Positions 1 through 6,975 of a stretch of DNA of 12,653 nucleotides are shown in pieces. The notes beneath the pieces are model-generated. The model worked only from the letters and a program-made list of their open reading frames with translations, did no database searches and was not told where the DNA came from. Source of the stretch: Candidatus Altarchaeum sp. (GTDB lineage: Archaea > Altiarchaeota > Altiarchaeia > Altiarchaeales > Altiarchaeaceae); NCBI GenBank assembly GCA_018260615.1, contig JAGWDQ010000024.1:1-12653 (forward strand), in the 5' to 3' direction. The number at the start of each line of letters is the position of its first letter. Position 1 is the stretch's first letter. The position numbers and the translations under genes were made by a program.

Positions 1-87
1 AGTAAAAAATAGGGTGTAATTATAATACTTAAACACTTTGCGAAAATCGGTGTTAAAAAAGAAATATTGGAAATATCTTAGAGAAAA

Positions 88-327
88 ATGAAAACAGATA
101 TACAATCACCTAACAACATTTTTATTTTCAATTTAGGCAGGTTATGGCAGGCAGCCAGTTTAGATCATTGGGAGGATGCAATGTACCTCTGCGGATTTAT
201 ACAAGAGATTACACCTCCTGCTTTGGTAAAGAAATATTCAAAAAATCTTAAAAAATTACAAATTGCAATAGAAAAGGAAGATTGCAGTGCTGTTGATATT
301 GTATTAGAAAAAATTTTAAAATGGTGA
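88..327 (+). CDS. hypothetical protein (79 aa)
   Basis: ATG-initiated ORF filling the gap upstream of rfcL, with protein-like composition. No motif recognised. Confidence 0.5.
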   Translation: MKTDIQSPNNIFIFNLGRLWQAASLDHWEDAMYLCGFIQEITPPALVKKYSKNLKKLQIAIEKEDCSAVDIVLEKILKW

Positions 328-412
328 TAAATAATCTAAATCATAAATAATCCTTTCATTATCAAAACAAAAAATTTATTGTTCCTATTCTAATTCACAT
401 ACTAAATTTAAA

Positions 413-1600
413 ATGTTCCCTGAAAAATACGCTCCGAAAAGGCCTGATGATATTACCGACAAACCCGCAGCCAAAGAAATAACCGAATGGCTTAAAAGTG
501 TAGAATCAGAAGCAGGCAAAAAAAGCACAAAAGTAAAAACCGCACTTATGCTTTCCGGCGACAGCGGCATCGGAAAAACCGCTTTAATAAATGCCCTCGC
601 AAACGAATACAATTATGAAATTTTATATGTTAATAAAGAAAACATCCAGCACTTTGAATCCTACACCCAGATGTCAGGACTGTTTAACAAACGGCTGCTC
701 GTTATAGATAATGCCGAAACCATAAATTTTAAGGAAATTTTAAATTTTATCGCAACCTCAAAAAATCCCATAATACTGACAACAACTGATGCCAGAAACA
801 AAAAATTTCAGGGCGTTACAAAATTTTGCAAATCCATAGAAATGCGAAAACCAACATACCTGCAGGTCTCAAAAGTCCTTGAAAAAATCGGCATTGCCGA
901 AGGAATTGCCGTTGATAAAAAAATTTTAGACGAAATTTCAAAAAATGCCAGCGGAAACATAAGAAGTGCAATAATTGACTTTGAGGTTGCGGCAACAGGG
1001 AGAAAGAAAATTTTGGAGACCGATTTAGTCCTTGAAACAAGAGATGTGACGATTGACATATTCAAAGGACTTCAGAGGATTTTTAAGGCAAGAAATTTAT
1101 CCGAGGCAATGGATGCCTACAATGAGATTGACGAAGAGCCGAGAAATATGCTGTTGTGGTTTGATGAAAATATTCCCGAGGAGTATAAGACATCAGACGA
1201 AATTTGTCAGGCATACTATCTGATTTCAAGAGCAGATATTTTTCTCGGCAGAATCACAAACAGGCAATACTGGGGATTTTTAAGATATGTAAATAAATAT
1301 ATTGCAGGCATAAGCACGGCAAAGAATAAGGTAAATTTTTCGTTTGTCAGGTATAAATTTCCTTCGTTTCTCTCAAAGATGAGCAGAGCAAAGGGCGATA
1401 AAAATATGAAGCGGGAGATCGGAAGAAAAATTTCTCCGTTTTTGCACATTCCTCCGAGACTGGCAAAGGACTACATTTTGTTATTTTCCATCCTGCTTAA
1501 AAAAGGGAAAAATAAGGAGGAGGACTTTGTTAACACTTACAAATTTAATGATGATGAAATTGAATATTTAAGGAGTTATGGAGGGGGATTGAAAATATAA
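413..1600 (+). CDS. rfcL: replication factor C large subunit (AAA+ clamp loader)
   Basis: N-terminal PEKYAPK (RFC box II, cf. EKYRP). Walker A GDSGIGKT at 557-580, Walker B-like LLVIDNAE, NPIILTT, GNIRSAI sensor region, and C-terminal IFLGRI...QYWGFLRY typical of archaeal RfcL. Confidence 0.92.
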   Translation: MFPEKYAPKRPDDITDKPAAKEITEWLKSVESEAGKKSTKVKTALMLSGDSGIGKTALINALANEYNYEILYVNKENIQHFESYTQMSGLFNKRLLVIDNAETINFKEILNFIATSKNPIILTTTDARNKKFQGVTKFCKSIEMRKPTYLQVSKVLEKIGIAEGIAVDKKILDEISKNASGNIRSAIIDFEVAATGRKKILETDLVLETRDVTIDIFKGLQRIFKARNLSEAMDAYNEIDEEPRNMLLWFDENIPEEYKTSDEICQAYYLISRADIFLGRITNRQYWGFLRYVNKYIAGISTAKNKVNFSFVRYKFPSFLSKMSRAKGDKNMKREIGRKISPFLHIPPRLAKDYILLFSILLKKGKNKEEDFVNTYKFNDDEIEYLRSYGGGLKI

Positions 1601-1616
1601 AAAGTTAAATTTTTCC

Positions 1617-1722
1617 AATTTTTTATCGTACAGGAAAGTTCGTTTTATTATCCTCACACGGAGACACAGAGACACAAAGGAGTTATATTCTGTAACCTGG
1701 TGACTTTATGGCTTTGTGTGAG
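1617..1722 (+). repeat. dispersed fold-back (MITE/REP-like) repeat, copy 1 (compact form)
   Basis: 1617-1649 is identical (33 bp) to 12387-12419. 1670-1722 matches 6901-6953 at 50/53. The core is bounded by inverted CTCACAC (1653-1659) / GTGTGAG (1716-1722). Confidence 0.85.
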
Positions 1723-1728
1723 CATTTG

Positions 1729-2454
1729 TTAAATTTTTTCCTTCAAAAAGTTTATCGCATCTTTTAAATTTTTCTTATTGTCAAAATTTTTGACAATTCT
1801 TTCAAGTTCGTCTTTGCTTAAATTTTTCATCTCTTCTGCAAAGGTTATCATATTGGGAATTGCCCTTACAATATTATCAACAAGAGTTATGGTTGCATTT
1901 TGAGATGTACGGGACAATGGATTTAAGTCAATTGCTATAACATTCTTTTTCATCTTAACTAATGCTTCCGCTCTGTCTCCGTCCTCCAAGGGAATTAAAG
2001 CAACATCGGCATTATAAAAATACTCGCTGACATTTGCTCTTTTTGAATCCAGATTTGGAATTTTCTTTGTCTTTTCAGTTAAAACATTAGAGTAAAATTT
2101 CCTTAATTTTTTTTCAATTATTTCCTCTCTTTCTTTTGTCCAGTAAAATAAATTTATCTCAATCGGACATTTTAAAATTTTTGCTAATTTACAAATTTCT
2201 CTGCCGCATAATGCTGCAACATTGCCATTGACTGATATTACAGGACTTTTTGAAAGTAAAAGCAATGCAACCGCTGCTCTTTCCGCCTCTGCTGCAAAAT
2301 TTTGTGTTTTTTCATTAAACAAATAATCAAAACATTCTCCTCTTCCCTGAGCGATTAATCCGTTTATTGCTACATAACCCTCTTTAAAGCCCTTGACTAA
2401 ATTTTCTCTTATTTTTAAGGACTCATAACGTGGATGGTATTTTGGAAGTTTCAT
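1729..2454 (-). CDS. pps: 4-phosphopantoate--beta-alanine ligase (archaeal phosphopantothenate synthetase, CoA biosynthesis)
   Basis: Family motifs HPRYESL, GLIAQGRGECFDYL, PVISVNGN, IEINLF, ADVALIPLEDGDRAEAL, IDLNPLSRT and VDNIVRA. The 241-aa length fits. Confidence 0.93.
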   Translation of the reverse strand: MKLPKYHPRYESLKIRENLVKGFKEGYVAINGLIAQGRGECFDYLFNEKTQNFAAEAERAAVALLLLSKSPVISVNGNVAALCGREICKLAKILKCPIEINLFYWTKEREEIIEKKLRKFYSNVLTEKTKKIPNLDSKRANVSEYFYNADVALIPLEDGDRAEALVKMKKNVIAIDLNPLSRTSQNATITLVDNIVRAIPNMITFAEEMKNLSKDELERIVKNFDNKKNLKDAINFLKEKI

Positions 2455-2521
2455 ATTTTTTTTCTTATTTTGGCAAAAGTAGGTAATGCTACTCGTATTT
2501 TTGATTTTATTTATTCAGGAG

Positions 2522-3358
2522 TCATATTAATTCCAGATTCTTTAAATTTTTGTTTCCTAATAATGATTTCATTTGTGTAATGGCAATTCGGTTTAATTGA
2601 ATTAACCTTTCGCTTTGTGACAAACCCTGATAAATCAATACGGAATTAATAGTTTCCATATTTGAAAGAACCACCAATTGTTCGATGGATGCCATATCCC
2701 GGATATTTCCTTCTGCATTTGGATTTTTGATTCGCCATTGTTGAGCTGTTTTACCAAACAATGCTACATTTAGCAGGTCAGCTTCATTAGCATAAACGAC
2801 CGAAATTTGATTTTTTGTAAGTTCTGCTGGAATTAAATTTTCTTTAATGGCATCGGTATGGATATGGTAATTTACTTTTGCAAGAGTTCGCTGCAGATTC
2901 CACTCTAAATTCAATCGTTTATTTTCATCTTCTTTAAGTCGCTGGAATTCTTTTATTAAGTAATATTTAAATTTGGGCGAAATCCATGAACCAAACTCAA
3001 AAGCAATATCTTTATGAGCAAAAGTACCTCCGCCGTATCGTCCGGTTTTAGAAATTATCCCCACAGCATTGGTTTTTTCAATCCATTGTTTGGCTGATAA
3101 AACAAAACCATTACTACCACTTTCATTTTTAATGTTACTGAATTCCGTAACATTAAAAAATGAATTGTTAATTTGCTCCCATAATCCCATAAACTCAATA
3201 GTATATCTGGTACTCAGCCAGTGAGAAATAACCAATCCGGTTGTTTCAGCATTTTTAAACCTTGCCATATCAGTTAATGAAATAAAATCATCCTGTTTTT
3301 TAGTAAAAACCGATATTTCTATATTCTCAATTTGTATTTTTTTTGATTTTTTCATCAT
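2522..3358 (-). CDS. KilA-N domain DNA-binding protein
   Basis: DFISLTDMA, W..TRYTIEFMGLWE, GRYGGGTFAHKDIAFEFGSWISPKFKYYLIKEFQRLK and KVNYHIHTDAIK..L match the widespread mobile KilA-N family. Confidence 0.9.
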   Translation of the reverse strand: MMKKSKKIQIENIEISVFTKKQDDFISLTDMARFKNAETTGLVISHWLSTRYTIEFMGLWEQINNSFFNVTEFSNIKNESGSNGFVLSAKQWIEKTNAVGIISKTGRYGGGTFAHKDIAFEFGSWISPKFKYYLIKEFQRLKEDENKRLNLEWNLQRTLAKVNYHIHTDAIKENLIPAELTKNQISVVYANEADLLNVALFGKTAQQWRIKNPNAEGNIRDMASIEQLVVLSNMETINSVLIYQGLSQSERLIQLNRIAITQMKSLLGNKNLKNLELI

Positions 3359-3403
3359 TTGTAAAATTTATTAAATTAAACCCTTATTTATCATAACCGT
3401 AAC

Positions 3404-3535
3404 TCATATTTTGCGCTTCTTAACTATTCTTTTATTACGTTTATTTATATATTCCTCAATAGTCACATACTCGCCTTTTTGATATGCTTCTCTTGCCTCA
3501 CGAATTTGTAAAGCAACATTTTGATCTTTCTCCAT
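3404..3535 (-). pseudogene. antitoxin-like remnant (43-aa ORF missed by the ORF track), probably part of a decayed toxin-antitoxin pair
   Basis: Manual translation gives MEKDQNVALQIREAREAYQKGEYVTIEEYINKRNKRIVKKRKI*. The REAREAYQKGEYVTIEE segment resembles RelB-type antitoxin C-termini. An in-frame upstream segment MLVNEMELLE ends at a TAA (3544-3542). The stop overlaps (ATGA) a tiny MSYGYDK* ORF at 3407-3384. Confidence 0.45.
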
Positions 3536-3585
3536 AATCTCTTATTCAAGCAGTTCCATTTCATTTACAAGCATTTTCCAGATAG

Positions 3586-3601
3586 CGAGTGATTTCGCTT
3601 T
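3586..3601. repeat. 16-bp inverted repeat, copy downstream of tnpB
   Basis: Perfect reverse complement of 4892-4907. Confidence 0.9.
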
Positions 3602-3700
3602 CTTTTCAGAATGCGAATTTGTTAAATTTTCAATATACCTCCAATCTAACTGGGTGACACCCGGCACCCTGTATTCCATTTGCGAACGCATTTGGAATTG
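3586..3700 (-). ncRNA. putative TnpB omegaRNA scaffold (3' part; 5' boundary unknown)
   Basis: Minus-strand hairpins lie at 3698-3673, 3669-3652 and 3617-3594 (TTCGC-A-TTCT-GAAA-AGAA-A-GCGAA, GNRA loop). They overlap the tnpB 3' end, the canonical omegaRNA location. Confidence 0.5.
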
Positions 3701-4844
3701 CTTTCTTTATTATGTTGTAAGCACCATTTACATCAGCATTTATGATTTTGCCCGATAATGTTTTAAACAATCCTCTGCAAATTCTCTTTCCTAAATACCG
3801 AGCATGATGCTTTATCGTTTCATCATCTAAAAAACTACATTTAGATGTATGTGCTTCATTAACAATTATTGTTTTGATTCCTTCCTCCTCTGCTTTATAC
3901 TTGAGCATTTCTATCAGTTTATTGAAAGGAACAGATACAAAGTTTTGGTTGTTCTTCTTGCCGATATCAATTTTTTGCTTCCAGTCATTGTTGTGTCCGA
4001 TTACTATTGTATCTATGCTGTTTGTTTTGCAGTAATCTATGATTTTTCTGCTTGCTTTATGAAAAAAGTCCTTTATTTTAAAATCCCTTTTTACCAATAA
4101 TCTGTTCAGTTGTTTTGTCCGTCCTTTGATTCCGCTCAAATCATAGTTTGATTGTATTTCTGCCTTTCTTTTGTTGTAGAAATGATTGACTGACTTAACA
4201 ATTCCGCCCTTGACAATAATTGGCATTTTACCAATATTATCTGCAATAGTTACGATATTGTTAAGTCCTATATCAATTCCCAAAATATTTTTAGTTGTTT
4301 CTATTAACGGTTTAATTGCCTTTTTATAAACAATATTGAGCATAAAGCCAACACCTTTTGGAACAATAGATGAAGTTCCAAGAACTGTTTCATCAGGCAA
4401 TCGTGTTTTAACTTCAATATCTATTTTTTTGGGAAATTCAACTTTATTTGAGACGACTTTAATTTGCTGATTTGTAAACAACAACATAAATTCACCATCT
4501 TTAGGTTTATATTTGGGTAGTGCCGGTTTGTTTTTAAACTTTTCCGGATGTTTTCTGTATTCTTTCATTGCCTTAAAGAATGCTTTCCAGTTTTTCTCAA
4601 CCAATATCAAAATTTGTTGTGCTGTTGCAGCTGGCAATTGTTTAAAATTCTCACTATTCTTTAACAAATAATACAATTGACTATATGTTATCCACTTCCC
4701 GGTTTTAATGAACTCCTGTCTGATGATGTAAATTGCTTCATTGTATAGGTTTTTAGCGATATGACATAGTTTACTTAATTCCTTATTGGCGTTGAGCCAT
4801 ATCTGTTCTGTTCTGTTCACTCCAGTTAACACTTCACTTAACAT
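3630..4844 (-). CDS. tnpB: RNA-guided endonuclease TnpB (IS200/IS605/IS607 OrfB family), RuvC-II-rearranged type
   Basis: N-terminal CHIAKNLYNEA helix. RuvC-I ILGIDIGLNN, RuvC-II region IVIGHNNDWKQ with downstream VNEAHTSKCS, RuvC-III INADVNGAYNI. Length 404 aa. Confidence 0.95.
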   Translation of the reverse strand: MLSEVLTGVNRTEQIWLNANKELSKLCHIAKNLYNEAIYIIRQEFIKTGKWITYSQLYYLLKNSENFKQLPAATAQQILILVEKNWKAFFKAMKEYRKHPEKFKNKPALPKYKPKDGEFMLLFTNQQIKVVSNKVEFPKKIDIEVKTRLPDETVLGTSSIVPKGVGFMLNIVYKKAIKPLIETTKNILGIDIGLNNIVTIADNIGKMPIIVKGGIVKSVNHFYNKRKAEIQSNYDLSGIKGRTKQLNRLLVKRDFKIKDFFHKASRKIIDYCKTNSIDTIVIGHNNDWKQKIDIGKKNNQNFVSVPFNKLIEMLKYKAEEEGIKTIIVNEAHTSKCSFLDDETIKHHARYLGKRICRGLFKTLSGKIINADVNGAYNIIKKAIPNAFANGIQGAGCHPVRLEVY

Positions 4845-4891
4845 TTTTATATTAAATAATTAATTTTTAAAACAAATTAATAAAAAATAAC

Positions 4892-4907
4892 AAAGCGAAA
4901 TCACTCG
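4892..4907. repeat. 16-bp inverted repeat, copy upstream of tnpB
   Basis: AAAGCGAAATCACTCG, the reverse complement of 3586-3601, lies 47 bp upstream of the tnpB ATG. Confidence 0.9.
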
Positions 4908-4943
4908 TATAAAAATATAAAATTTAGACACAAATAATTAAAT

Positions 4944-6710
4944 TTAATCGCAGCAATGGTCAAGCATTTCCCTTAAACTTTTTTTCTCTTCTTCCTTTTC
5001 TTCTTTTTTCCCCGTTTCTTCTTTTTTTATTTCATCCTTCTTTATCTCTTTCTTAAATTTTTCCTTTTCAGCCGAAATTTTCTTAATTTCAAAATTTTTC
5101 AATACGATTATTCCGTCCATTACAAACAAAACCAAAACTAAAAGCAGGAACTCAAATTTATAGTCAATAAGCAACGTATAAATTAATGTTATTCCGAAAA
5201 CCGTTATGAATATTGTGAATAGTCCGAAATACTTAAAATTAAATTTCTTAAATTCCTCCCATATTCCGGTAAGCGACATTCCGATTAATGCCGCAATTAA
5301 AATTTTCGGAACATCAACCCCGAGCATATAAAGGACTGTGAGGAAAATCCATGCCAGAGCGCAGGCATAACAATATGCACAATACCAGATATTAATTCGT
5401 TTTTTAACGATTGGCCGCAAAATTGAAAACAGGATAAACAGGACAATTATTGAGATGCTCGCAAAGATAAAAAATCCGGCATAAGAAAAGGTAACTGGCA
5501 ACACAATGCTGAAATTTAAAAATTTAAAATTTTCGTTAATTAAAATTATGGCAAGAATTAACATAAGCCATCCGATTAAATATCTTACAAGCCATGTTTC
5601 CTCTATTTTGGATAAATTTCTTCCGAATAAAGCAAGAGATAAAATTATAATAAGCGGAAGGACAAATATAAAATTGTAGATTGCCAAAAGTAAAATTCCG
5701 TAGTTAAAGTCCATGGTGTTCAAAATCGTCAAAATTCCCAGATATACCTGTCCCGTGCATGGAAGTTCAACCATTGCCACGAGGATTCCCAGAATAATTA
5801 CTGCCGGCAAAGTTCCTTTTTTTATGTACTTTTCAACCGTTCCTTTTGCTGACTTTGGAATTGCAAGCCATAAATTTTTTTCGCCGTTCTTTTTTAATGA
5901 TATATAAGTGTCTCTAAAAGCAAGCAAAACGCTGGTTAACAGAATTATAACAACCAAAGCATTGACAAAAATTATAAAGCCCAGATTGTTGATAAAATTT
6001 AGAAATTTTAATATTCCAATTCCAGCGAGGAAGTATGTAAGATAGACCGCCATAATATAAATTGAGCCGTAAATTGCCATCCGTCTCCTTGAAAAATTTG
6101 CCGAAGAAATCATAAATGTAATAAAAATAATCAGGACTCCCATCGCACAGGGATTAATTGAATCAATAATTGCAGCGCCAATTACAGTTAAAATAGTGAC
6201 CGGTGGAGGTGGCGGAACGGTGCAATTTCCTTCATAAATCTCTGCATGGACATCGTTTTGTTTTGCGAATTTTATGGCGTCTTTTAAATTTTTAGCAATT
6301 GACTCATCTCCGATTAATGCCGAGTCCCCGACAAAAATCGCAGGTACGCCGGACTCATTTGCCGGAATACAGTATCTTTCCATAAAGTCATTTAAAAGTG
6401 CCTGATTAGTTGCGTTATGATAAACCTCATAACTTTTAAATGAAATGTCGCATTGTGTACATATTGCCTTTACCATCGGCTCTATTGCCGCACAATGAGC
6501 GCATCCTTCCCCGTAAAAAAAGTAGATTGATATGCCTTTGCATGTGGAATTTGAATTGTCTGAATTGTTTAGATTGTTTAAATGGACATCACTGAAATTA
6601 CCTGAAATATCCAAAGCCGAAACACTTAAATTTAATATTGATAAAATTAACAGCAGTGCAATCGCCGATGCGAAAGGCAGTATGCCTGTCTTTTCTCGTC
6701 TTTTAGTCAT
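4944..6710 (-). CDS. thioredoxin/glutaredoxin + CcdA/DsbD-type transmembrane electron transporter fusion with extra Cys-rich membrane C-terminal domain
   Basis: N-terminal signal/anchor, then FYGEGCAHC (CxxC at 6492-6503) thioredoxin fold. CcdA redox cysteine motifs DSINPCAMGVL and VELPCTGQVY. Further TM helices carry CAYCYAC, and the C-terminus is HCCD. Confidence 0.85.
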   Translation of the reverse strand: MTKRREKTGILPFASAIALLLILSILNLSVSALDISGNFSDVHLNNLNNSDNSNSTCKGISIYFFYGEGCAHCAAIEPMVKAICTQCDISFKSYEVYHNATNQALLNDFMERYCIPANESGVPAIFVGDSALIGDESIAKNLKDAIKFAKQNDVHAEIYEGNCTVPPPPPVTILTVIGAAIIDSINPCAMGVLIIFITFMISSANFSRRRMAIYGSIYIMAVYLTYFLAGIGILKFLNFINNLGFIIFVNALVVIILLTSVLLAFRDTYISLKKNGEKNLWLAIPKSAKGTVEKYIKKGTLPAVIILGILVAMVELPCTGQVYLGILTILNTMDFNYGILLLAIYNFIFVLPLIIILSLALFGRNLSKIEETWLVRYLIGWLMLILAIILINENFKFLNFSIVLPVTFSYAGFFIFASISIIVLFILFSILRPIVKKRINIWYCAYCYACALAWIFLTVLYMLGVDVPKILIAALIGMSLTGIWEEFKKFNFKYFGLFTIFITVFGITLIYTLLIDYKFEFLLLVLVLFVMDGIIVLKNFEIKKISAEKEKFKKEIKKDEIKKEETGKKEEKEEEKKSLREMLDHCCD

Positions 6711-6740
6711 TTTAAAATTTATTTCTATTCTATAAAGTAT

Positions 6741-6953
6741 AAGTTTTTTATTAGTTCCTCACACCAAGACACAGTCACCTCGCTCTTACGCTCACTCCGT
6801 TCGTGTATTTCAAACAAGTTTGAAATCACCTCACAATCGTTCGGAGATTTCAACTTCGTTGAAATGCTCGGAGATTTTCAAAATCTGTTGATTTTGAAAA
6901 AGACACAAAGGAGTTATATTCTGTAACTTGGTGACTTTGTGACTTTGTGTGAG
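6741..6953 (+). repeat. dispersed fold-back repeat, copy 2, with 126-bp palindromic insert (6775-6900)
   Basis: CTCACAC at 6758-6764 and GTGTGAG at 6947-6953. 6901-6953 is 50/53 identical to 1670-1722. The insert holds three perfect hairpins. Confidence 0.85.
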
Positions 6954-6975
6954 TATTTTTTATCTTTAAATTTAA

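Larger units (their letters stand above)
3586..4907 (-). mobile_element. non-autonomous tnpB-only element (1322 bp) bounded by 16-bp terminal inverted repeats
   Basis: CGAGTGATTTCGCTTT (3586-3601) and its exact reverse complement AAAGCGAAATCACTCG (4892-4907) enclose only tnpB. No transposase is inside and no target-site duplication is seen (flanks GATAG / TATAA). Confidence 0.6.

Noticed and set aside
385-1449. Minus-strand ORFs 385-612, 808-1065, 816-1040 and 1216-1449
   Set aside because: Antisense shadows of rfcL with no recognisable motifs.
4859-4934. 8-bp AT-only inverted repeat (4859-4866 / 4874-4881) and AGACACAAA (4926-4934) matching the dispersed repeat
   Set aside because: Both are short and low-complexity in a very AT-rich region, and no other part of the repeat family is present.
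6775-6900. Hairpin array as a mini-CRISPR
   Set aside because: Units are not identical, spacing is irregular (about 28-52 bp), there are no unique spacers of constant length, and no cas genes are nearby.
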